Assembly (NCBI GenBank): GCA_943359485.1
Contig: CALRHR010000001.1
Span: 51,141-115,140 of the forward strand
From: Candidatus Nomurabacteria bacterium
Lineage (GTDB): Bacteria > Patescibacteriota > Minisyncoccia > Phycocordibacterales > UBA9973
Length of the DNA: 64,000 nucleotides
Direction: 5' to 3'
This document shows, in pieces, positions 57,146 to 64,000 of this stretch; the stretch's first letter is position 1, and each line of letters starts with the position of its first letter. Under the pieces are notes generated by a model. That model did not search any database, was not told the DNA's origin, and saw nothing but the letters and a program-made list of their open reading frames with translations. The translations under genes and the position numbers were made by a program.

Positions 57146-58057
57146 ATGCTACTTTCTGCCATCATCACAATAATCGGCCTCTCGCTCTTTGAAGCAGTTT
57201 CTTCGGTTGACAATGCCATCATCAATGCGGAAGTTCTCTCGACCATGGGGGCCAAGGCACGGCGCTGGTTTTTGACTTGGGGGATGTTCATTGCGGTCTT
57301 TCTAGTTCGCGGGCTTTTACCTTTTGCAATAATCTGGGCTTTTAATACATCTCTCTCACCACTCCAAGTTTTATCTGCGGCCTGGTCTTCAGATCCGCTC
57401 GTTTTGGCGTCCATAGAAAAGTCCGCGCCGATACTCCTCGTCGCCGGGGGAGTTTTCTTGTTATTTTTATTTTTGCATTGGCTTTTCTTGGAAGAAAAAC
57501 ATTTGGGTTTGCCTATGGCAGAGAAATTCTTTATGAAGAATGGGGTTTGGTTTTATGCCACTGTATCAGTCCTTCTTTCAATTATCGCTTGGTTTGCATT
57601 AAAGGAGAGCAACCTGATGGGCTTTGGTGCTGTTGTTGGTTCCAGTTTATTTTTTATTACGCATGGTTTCAAGCAAAATGCCGAGGAGCAAGAAAAAAAA
57701 CTGCTCGGGTCGGCACACTCTGATCTCTCCAAGCTTTTTTTCTTGGAAATAATTGATACTACATTTTCTATCGATGGTGTGCTCGGCGCTTTTGCTTTTA
57801 CTCTTTCGGTGCCACTCATTCTGCTTGGCAATGGTTTCGGAGCGCTCTTGGTGCGGGAGCTGACGATTCGCAATATCGAACGAATAAAAAAATATGTTTA
57901 TTTAAAAAATGGGGCGATGTATTCCATTCTGGTTTTGGGGATGATTATGATACTGCACAGCTTTGGGTTTCACATACCGGAATACGCTTCGCCACTTTCT
58001 ACTTTTATCATTATTGGATTCTTTTTTTGGAAGTCGCGAAAATCGTTGCAGGTGTAG
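57146..58057 (+). CDS. DUF475 / TerC-like integral membrane protein
   Basis: LFEAVSSVDNAIINAEVL is followed by multiple TM helices. Confidence 0.6.
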   Translation: MLLSAIITIIGLSLFEAVSSVDNAIINAEVLSTMGAKARRWFLTWGMFIAVFLVRGLLPFAIIWAFNTSLSPLQVLSAAWSSDPLVLASIEKSAPILLVAGGVFLLFLFLHWLFLEEKHLGLPMAEKFFMKNGVWFYATVSVLLSIIAWFALKESNLMGFGAVVGSSLFFITHGFKQNAEEQEKKLLGSAHSDLSKLFFLEIIDTTFSIDGVLGAFAFTLSVPLILLGNGFGALLVRELTIRNIERIKKYVYLKNGAMYSILVLGMIMILHSFGFHIPEYASPLSTFIIIGFFFWKSRKSLQV

Positions 58058-58200
58058 TTTTTGAGAGGCCTTTCGCAGGTCGTTCGACTCTGAGAGTCTC
58101 AGACTCGATGAGCCGACGGGCCGAGAAGTTCGCTCCGCAAGCTTGCGGAGACAGATTGCCTATCAAAAACTATACCAAGAAAGATTTTCACAACTAAAAC

Positions 58201-58228
58201 AAAAAAATCCCCGAGCGGGGATTTTTTT
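58201..58228. terminator. bidirectional terminator
   Basis: AAAAAAATCCCCGAGCGGGGATTTTTTT. Confidence 0.75.
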
Positions 58229-58235
58229 GTTTCGG

Positions 58236-58745
58236 TTATGCATGCTTTAGGGGTGTGTCGTGATAGTTTTGCTCTCCGCGGAATACCCTCCTAACTAAGA
58301 TGACTATCAAGAGAATTAATATCGCAAGAAGAATCCATTGAACAAGCCCAGAAGGCATGAAACTATTTGAACCATAGATGACATTGGCAGCAAGTTCTTT
58401 GACATCTTCCGCAGTCTTGACTGGTTCGTCGGCAGTAGAAGTTGTGGCAACTTTGTTCGTAGCAGGCGCTGCTTTTCTCACGGTAGTCGTAGTGGTAGTT
58501 GCCTGTGGAGCATAAGCGTTAGTATTTCCTGAGTAAATAGTAGGCGCGTCGGAATACTCAGTATTAGTATTTACTCCCGCAGAATTGTCTCGTACAGTAG
58601 CCCACTTAGTGCTGTTGTAAGGGGTAACATACCCGGCTCTGTCGGCACTTGCTTCTGTGGGTACAAACATGACCCCTAGAGCCAAAATAGTGAATGCTTG
58701 TAAGCCATAAAATGCTATATTTAATTTTTGATTATATTTATTCAT
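58236..58745 (-). CDS. hypothetical secreted protein with C-terminal TM anchor
   Basis: It has a signal-like N-terminus, a poly-Thr tract and the C-terminal helix WILLAILILLIVILV. Confidence 0.5.
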   Translation of the reverse strand: MNKYNQKLNIAFYGLQAFTILALGVMFVPTEASADRAGYVTPYNSTKWATVRDNSAGVNTNTEYSDAPTIYSGNTNAYAPQATTTTTTVRKAAPATNKVATTSTADEPVKTAEDVKELAANVIYGSNSFMPSGLVQWILLAILILLIVILVRRVFRGEQNYHDTPLKHA

Positions 58746-58783
58746 ACTTATAGTATAGCATATATAAAAACAAATGTCAAGTT

Positions 58784-59653
58784 TTAACGGCTCCTGCTGC
58801 CACCTTGAGGATTTCGACGTCCTGAAGAACTGTCAGCACTGCGAGTTTGCGGAGAAGTAGTAGTTCTTTCTGCTCCTCCCGTTCCTCCTGTTGTTCCCAT
58901 TGTGCCCGTTCTTGCCTTTGTTCCTGTGCGTGCGGGGCTCCCAGTGTGTCCAATGCTTCCAGTGTGTCCGGTGTCCACTCGATTTCGAATCACTCCAGGT
59001 CTATATACAACTCCTCGGCTTCCATAACCACTCCTATGAATGATCACTGGACGAGAAGCGTCTGCTTGTTTCTTTGCAACACCAGCTGCAATTTTAGCTA
59101 ATTTCTCGTCATGTTTTAATTGCGCCTTTGTTTTTTCGCTAGTTGTTAATTCAGATATCAAGTTGCCATCAGCATCGTACTTTCTTTTTAAAGCACCTCT
59201 TCCGGCAGCTACTTTTTCAGTATTAGCTGTGGTAAAAAGTTTTTCATCGTCTTCTTGAGTTCTAGATAATTTTTCTTCATCTTCATCTTCAGCTTTAGCT
59301 ATTTCTACATCCGCTTTCGCCAAAGCAAGTGCCTTTTCAGCTGCTTGAATATCAGCTTTATTTTCTGGATCTTCCTTAGCAACACTAAGGTCATAGGTAG
59401 CTTCCACAACAGCTTTTTCAGCTTTAGCAATAGCTGCCTTACTTGCTTGCATTTCTGGAGACAAAAAAGTTCCTGCTGCTATGGCGGCAGTAGCGAATTT
59501 TCTTCCAATTCCGCTATGATTATTTTTAGTTCTTGCTATTTCTCTAGCCCTCAGCTCTGAAGCTGTTAACTCCGTAGTTCCTTCTTCTGGAATAAATTCA
59601 CGTCTAGAACCTCCTATATTTTCCATTCCCATAGTATTTTTAGTTTCAGCCAT
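58784..59653 (-). CDS. hypothetical protein (Ala/Lys/Glu-rich helical region, Gly/Thr/Arg-rich tail)
   Basis: A 289-aa ORF. No motif recognised. Confidence 0.45.
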   Translation of the reverse strand: MAETKNTMGMENIGGSRREFIPEEGTTELTASELRAREIARTKNNHSGIGRKFATAAIAAGTFLSPEMQASKAAIAKAEKAVVEATYDLSVAKEDPENKADIQAAEKALALAKADVEIAKAEDEDEEKLSRTQEDDEKLFTTANTEKVAAGRGALKRKYDADGNLISELTTSEKTKAQLKHDEKLAKIAAGVAKKQADASRPVIIHRSGYGSRGVVYRPGVIRNRVDTGHTGSIGHTGSPARTGTKARTGTMGTTGGTGGAERTTTSPQTRSADSSSGRRNPQGGSRSR

Positions 59654-59810
59654 AGGTCATCGACTCTGAGAGTCTTAGACTGATGAGCTGATCCGCCTTT
59701 GGCGGAAATTATTAATAAATTAAACTTTCCTAAATTATACTTTATATTGCAAGATTTTACAACCTTATACTAAGATAAGTGTATTATGGTATATAAAACC
59801 TTTTTGTCAA

Positions 59811-59895
59811 TGGTGCTGGAGGGGGGACTCGAACCCCCAAGCCTTGCGGCACTAGTTCCTAAGACTAGCGCGTATACCAATTCCGCCACTCCAGC
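59811..59895 (-). tRNA. tRNA-Leu (anticodon UAG), CCA encoded
   Basis: The reverse complement reads GCTGGAGTGGCGGAATTGGTA...CTAGT-CTTAGGA-ACTAG, then a long variable arm, GGGGGTTCGAGTCCCCC and CTCCAGCACCA. Confidence 0.9.
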
Positions 59896-60036
59896 GTCTT
59901 TTCAAATATACTTCGTATTTGAAATTTCGATTCACGAAACCGACGCTGGAGTGTCGGCCTCCTCACTTTGTTCGGATGAAAAATAAAGCAGTTTATTTTT
60001 CATCCACTCCAGCTTCTAAAGTGCTCATGCACTTTG

Positions 60037-60109
60037 TGCGTCCAGAAGGGATCGAACCTTCGACCTTATCCTTAAGAGGGATCTGCTCTACCAGCTGAGC
60101 TATGGACGC
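60037..60109 (-). tRNA. tRNA-Lys (anticodon CUU)
   Basis: The reverse complement reads GCGTCCATAGCTCAGCTGGTAGAGC...CTCTTAA...GAAGGTTCGATCCCTTCTGGACGCA. Confidence 0.9.
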
Positions 60110-60251
60110 AAATATATTCAATTTTAAAACAAGACTTTACCATTAATAATCTTTCGACCTACCAAAACAGCTATGGACGCAAATATATTTAATTTTTAAA
60201 CAAGACTTTACCACCAACAATCTAACGATTTACCAAAACAGCTAAGGGCGC
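60098..60251. repeat. 71-bp tandem repeat duplicating the tRNA-Lys upstream region plus the first 12 nt of a tRNA
   Basis: AGCTATGGACGC occurs at 60098 and 60169, and AGCTAAGGGCGC at 60240. The intervening ~59 nt are about 85% identical by eye. Confidence 0.75.
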
Positions 60252-60292
60252 ATGTTTAATTTTCTAAAATAATTACAAATTTATAATTATTC

Positions 60293-60377
60293 TGGTGCTC
60301 GGGATGGGAGTCGAACCCATACCCCTTACGAGATTCGATTTTAAGTCGAACGCGTATACCAATTCCGCCACCCGAGC
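60293..60377 (-). tRNA. tRNA-Leu (anticodon UAA), CCA encoded
   Basis: The reverse complement reads GCTCGGGTGGCGGAATTGGTA...TTCGA-CTTAAAA-TCGAA, then a long variable arm, ATGGGTTCGACTCCCAT and CCCGAGCACCA. Confidence 0.9.
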
Positions 60378-60570
60378 AGTTGTCTAAGTCTAACTGAAAA
60401 AAGTATTTTTTTCAATCCCTATTTACAGATTACATATCAGGTTATATAATATTCAGATGAGTATGGAAACTTCCGATCCCCAACTATCATTAGGAAATTC
60501 TGAGCTCTTGGAAGACCTAAAGTCACTCGTTGCTAAAAGATTATAAAAAATGAGATAGTATATTATTTAT

Positions 60571-61089
60571 ATGTCGGAAAAACTATTCAAAAGTGTCCCT
60601 AGTGCAGTTATTGAGAGAACTGAAATGGGTATGGTGGGACAAGTAAGAGAACTCGTAAGATTGATTCTTTGGGATAAAGTTCTGCGCGATAAACTTGTAG
60701 ACAATCCAATTGGAAAAGAAGGTCTGGATGCACTCAAGAGGCTCGGCAAAAATTTTTCTATTGTTCTTGCGGATAGTGTCCCCGTCTTAGGATCCGTTGT
60801 TCATTGGAGTGCAGATGTCTTAAAATTATCAAAACATGATGCAACTCCGGATGTTTCCAAATTAACAGCATGGGGAGCAAATATAATTGATGTATTAACT
60901 CTTGATACTATTCCCTCATATTGGATTCAAGCAGCTCTTCAATTGAGAAAAGATCTACCTAAGCTTCAGGCATTATTGAAACTTATTCAGAAGATACGCA
61001 CAGAAGAGATGGAAGATTATGAGGAAAATCAATCTCAAGTTGATGGTGCAATAAGAGTTTTTGGCACCGAAGAAAGAGATGAAAAATAA
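60571..61089 (+). CDS. hypothetical protein
   Basis: A 172-aa ORF. TATATT (60559-60564) lies 6 nt before the ATG. Confidence 0.5.
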   Translation: MSEKLFKSVPSAVIERTEMGMVGQVRELVRLILWDKVLRDKLVDNPIGKEGLDALKRLGKNFSIVLADSVPVLGSVVHWSADVLKLSKHDATPDVSKLTAWGANIIDVLTLDTIPSYWIQAALQLRKDLPKLQALLKLIQKIRTEEMEDYEENQSQVDGAIRVFGTEERDEK

Positions 61090-61092
61090 AAT

Positions 61093-61323
61093 ATGGATAA
61101 AAAAGAAGCTTTAAAAATACTTATAGAACACAGTTTTGTCTTCACTAAAGATGTGCAAGAAAAATTGATTGCGGGTATTCCCGCTATGACTTTGCGAGAT
61201 GTTGATGCTCTGGGCAAGCTTTTAGCGTCACTAAAACAAAAGAGTATTATTTCTTATGATGCTGACATGAAGAAAATAAATCAAATGATTTTGGTGGTTG
61301 AAAAAGAAAAGGGAAGTGTCTGA
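61093..61323 (+). CDS. hypothetical protein
   Basis: A 76-aa ORF lying 3 nt after the upstream stop. Confidence 0.45.
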   Translation: MDKKEALKILIEHSFVFTKDVQEKLIAGIPAMTLRDVDALGKLLASLKQKSIISYDADMKKINQMILVVEKEKGSV

Positions 61324-61341
61324 TGTTTTTCTGTTTCTTTG

Positions 61342-61413
61342 AGGCGTGGGTGGGAATCGAACCCACGCATGTCGGTTTTGCAGACCGAAGCGTTACCATT
61401 TCGCCACCACGCC
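61342..61413 (-). tRNA. tRNA-Cys (anticodon GCA)
   Basis: The reverse complement reads GGCGTGGTGGCGAAATGGTAACGC-T-TCGGT-CTGCAAA-ACCGA...GTGGGTTCGATTCCCACCCACGCCT. Confidence 0.88.
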
Positions 61414-62133
61414 TTTTAAATGAAAATCGATTATTTTTCTAATTTTCCTATCAACAACCTTTGGTCGTAATTCAAAGTAGTTATTGAATATTTTAAATTT
61501 TCGCATAAAAAATGAATTAATGCTAGTGCCTTTGTATATTAGTTTGAATATTTGTAGAGAATCTTTTGTGTTGTATATTGCTTGGAAAGATCTCTTACTT
61601 GAATAAATTTTACCTTCTTTAATCCCAATTTTTCTAAAAACATGATTCATTTTTTCAAGAAATATTTTACTACCACTAGTAAATATCACACGAACCCTTT
61701 TTATTATTAATTTTTGGGTTTTACCTTTGGTTTGTGCAAAGTGAACACATCCATCTCCATCAAAATATCCCCTCATAAAATGACCTAAGTATTTTTGTGG
61801 AACTTTTGGGAACTTTATAGTTAGAGATTTGTTTGGATATAGACCTAATCTAAAAAGGTCATTGTATATTTTATGACTACCTATTCTTAACGCAAAGCAA
61901 ACTTTTCCTCTGATAAAATTCGACCTTTTCTGGTTTGTTTTGTGTTCTGAACCCAACCATGTTTTTATTCTTTCTATGGAATCTTTATCTGTGCTAGCTA
62001 TTTGGATATATTTACCACGCATATAAGGTGAATCATCCAAACTTCCATCAGCATAAATATATCCCAAAACATAGGCCATATTCGGGGACCATTTTTCGAA
62101 GAATTTTTCATTAACTTTATATTTTATTCCCAC
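61393..62133 (-). CDS. LAGLIDADG-family homing endonuclease-like protein (double motif)
   Basis: Two motifs are present: LGYIYADGS and MRGYFDGDGC. The start is GTG with TATAAT 6 nt upstream. The last 21 nt overlap tRNA-Cys. Confidence 0.75.
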   Translation of the reverse strand: MGIKYKVNEKFFEKWSPNMAYVLGYIYADGSLDDSPYMRGKYIQIASTDKDSIERIKTWLGSEHKTNQKRSNFIRGKVCFALRIGSHKIYNDLFRLGLYPNKSLTIKFPKVPQKYLGHFMRGYFDGDGCVHFAQTKGKTQKLIIKRVRVIFTSGSKIFLEKMNHVFRKIGIKEGKIYSSKRSFQAIYNTKDSLQIFKLIYKGTSINSFFMRKFKIFNNYFELRPKVVDRKIRKIIDFHLKGVVAKW

Positions 62134-62173
62134 TTTTATATTATAAGTGGTAATTAATTATACTGCAACTTGA

Positions 62174-62494
62174 TTACTTTTCTCGTAGCAATTCGTCAAT
62201 TTTTTGGCGGTTTTTTTCACCCAGATCAATGGCAATGTCGACAAAGGGGATGGTCTTGACGGGCATGTTTTTTTTCAAGTATTCCCGCAGTTCTGGTCTT
62301 TTGCGTTTGGCAAATTCTAGCGCGGTTTTTTCTTTTGAATCTGGAAGTACTGTAATAAATATCGTTGCCCGTTTTAAGTCGGGGGAACAGGTGGCGGCTA
62401 TCACGGTAATAAGTGAAGTTTTATTGTTTTCTCTTCCCAAAAAAATTGCCGCTAATTCTTTTATTTGATTTGCAACTTTATTATTTCTCTCCAT
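62174..62494 (-). CDS. rbfA: ribosome-binding factor A
   Basis: RNNKVANQIKELAAIFL...ATIFITVLPD is an RbfA-like pattern. It lies downstream of infB, in conserved synteny. Confidence 0.8.
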   Translation of the reverse strand: MERNNKVANQIKELAAIFLGRENNKTSLITVIAATCSPDLKRATIFITVLPDSKEKTALEFAKRKRPELREYLKKNMPVKTIPFVDIAIDLGEKNRQKIDELLREK

Positions 62495-62521
62495 AATTTT
62501 AGATTAAGAATGTTTAAAAAA

Positions 62522-64000
62522 TTATTTCTGCGCCACACTAAATAATTCCACGACATCACCCGCTACGATTTCTATTTTAGATTCTACCATCATGCCAAAT
62601 TCCTTTCCCTCGGATACTTCGCTGGTTTTCATTTTACCTTGTTCCAAGTTTACGATTTTTCCACGACCGATTTCGAAATCTCGACGCATGATTTTAACCG
62701 TTCCATTTAGAACCATGGTTCCCTCGATTACTTTTCCGCCAACGATTTGGCGCTCGCGGGTTCGACTGAAAGCTCGGATGATCTTTGCTTTGCCAGTTGT
62801 TAACATGGTTTCGATCCTCGGCCGGCGGTTTTCCATTTCGACTTCCAGCCACTCGGTCAGTTTATAGATAATATTAAATAAGTTAATCCGGAGGCCTCTT
62901 TTTTGGGCAAGTTCTGTAGCATTTTTATCTATTTTGACATTGAAGCCAATAACGATGATGTTTCCACTGTCGGAAATATTTTTTATGTCTGATTCGCCGA
63001 TAGTTCCTACGCTCTTACTAATGATTTTAAATTCTGCTCCCTCGGTTTTTATCTTTGCTATTTCTTTTTCGATGGCTTCGAGAGTCCCGGAGACATCGGC
63101 TTTTAATATTATTGGAATTATTTTTTTTGTTGATTCTGTTTCGCGAGTAGAAAGGTCAGACCTTTTTGAATTCTCAAGGTCAGACCTTGGGGAATTATTT
63201 TTTATATATTCTTCGGCATCTTTTTTATTTTGAAAAGATTTAAAGATTGCTCCAACTCTCGGCATTTTGTCGAAGCCGACAATCCGTACCGGGGAAGACA
63301 TGGAGACAGAATCCATCATACTCCCTTTGAAATTTTCTATGATGCGCGTGGAGCAGATACAATCTTCTACCACAACCGTCATTCCTTTTTTCAAGGTTCC
63401 ATTTTTAACAATTAGCGTCGCCACGATTCCACGCTTAGAATCCAAATTTGCTTCAATGACGACTCCGGAGGCAGCTTCATCGATATTTCCAGTAAAGTTT
63501 TCCATCTCGGCCATAATTAAGATAAGTGACAGGAGGTTATCCACTCCTGTGCCTGTCTTTGCAGAAATTTCTACGCACGGGATCTTGCCACCATAATTTT
63601 CCAGATAAATTTCTTTTTCTACTAATTCTGTTTTTGTTTTTTCTACATTTGCGCCTGGCTTGTCTATCTTGTTGATTGCTACGATGCACACAGTGTTGCT
63701 TTCATTTATAGTTTTCCAGGCTTCCAATGTCTGTGGCTTGACGCCATCTTCTGCAGAAACTACCAATATTGCGATGTCGGCCACGGCTGCTCCGCGCTCG
63801 CGCATTTTCGAAAAAGCTTCATGGCCAGGTGTATCTAGAAAGGTGATTTTGCGACTAGCAAAATCATCCCGAGATTTTCGAGGGATAGCTCGATTCACTT
63901 CGTTCTCTCGGGATTTCGGTTCCTCTTGAGGAACCTCAACTTCATAGGCAGAAATATTTTGAGTTATGCCACCGATTTCACCTTCTGTCACATTTGTTTT
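62522..64000 (-). CDS. infB: translation initiation factor IF-2, N-terminus beyond window edge
   Basis: G-domain motifs are present ([24 protein letters not shown]), followed by C-terminal beta-barrel domains. Confidence 0.92.
   Translation of the reverse strand, partial: KTNVTEGEIGGITQNISAYEVEVPQEEPKSRENEVNRAIPRKSRDDFASRKITFLDTPGHEAFSKMRERGAAVADIAILVVSAEDGVKPQTLEAWKTINESNTVCIVAINKIDKPGANVEKTKTELVEKEIYLENYGGKIPCVEISAKTGTGVDNLLSLILIMAEMENFTGNIDEAASGVVIEANLDSKRGIVATLIVKNGTLKKGMTVVVEDCICSTRIIENFKGSMMDSVSMSSPVRIVGFDKMPRVGAIFKSFQNKKDAEEYIKNNSPRSDLENSKRSDLSTRETESTKKIIPIILKADVSGTLEAIEKEIAKIKTEGAEFKIISKSVGTIGESDIKNISDSGNIIVIGFNVKIDKNATELAQKRGLRINLFNIIYKLTEWLEVEMENRRPRIETMLTTGKAKIIRAFSRTRERQIVGGKVIEGTMVLNGTVKIMRRDFEIGRGKIVNLEQGKMKTSEVSEGKEFGMMVESKIEIVAGDVVELFSVAQK

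Noticed and set aside
59657-59706. Hammerhead ribozyme, because of CTGATGAG ... GGCGGAAA.
   Set aside because: Threading the sequence onto the hammerhead core fails. The stem I ends do not pair (A opposite A next to C3). Stem II would close with G opposite G. Stem III is only A-U plus two G-U pairs. In the second copy (58077-58113) the core is disrupted, reading CTCGATGAG.

Overview
This is a low-GC bacterial chromosome segment: hand-counted 60-nt lines give about 33% G+C. Gene content and rRNA peculiarities suggest a Candidate Phyla Radiation / Patescibacteria (Parcubacteria-like) genome, but that placement is inference only.

Bases 1-47,000 are mostly housekeeping:
- guaA (partial), class Ia RNR nrdA/nrdB, thrS and rpmF
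- a NusB-Nudix fusion, rnc, and a hinge-less SMC carrying a CPLCGS hook-like motif
- a glycerate/lower-glycolysis cluster (2-hydroxyacid dehydrogenase, MOFRL glycerate kinase, ppsA, eno)
- a 16S rRNA gene with no 23S behind it, carrying expansion insertions
- a ddl-like gene, tRNA-Pro, secA, murE/murD/murI/murC, rpsA and gyrA

Bases 47,000-62,000 are accessory:
- a RAYT (IS200-like) gene with REP hairpins
- six tandem T4SS-pilin-like paralogues
- hicBA, a ~3.4 kb GC-rich island, and a RelE/ParE-type toxin-antitoxin pair
- a DUF475/TerC-like gene and two unknown genes bracketed by direct repeats
- four tRNAs with duplicated 5' fragments
- a LAGLIDADG endonuclease gene that runs into tRNA-Cys

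rbfA and partial infB follow.

Standout observations:
1. The GC-rich island (about 58-60% G+C) is built from two minus-strand cassettes. They share a near-identical AT-rich promoter, a ~300-nt structured leader and a 3' trailer, but carry unrelated envelope-protein cargo.
2. Native genes are overwhelmingly arranged TATAAT-N6-ATG, which implies leaderless mRNAs. The 16S 3' tail shows no CCUCC anti-SD, yet the island genes carry strong GGAGG sites.
3. Several dispersed palindromic repeat families are present. One of them sits inside a 16S rRNA expansion segment.

No CRISPR array and no recognisable defence system were found.
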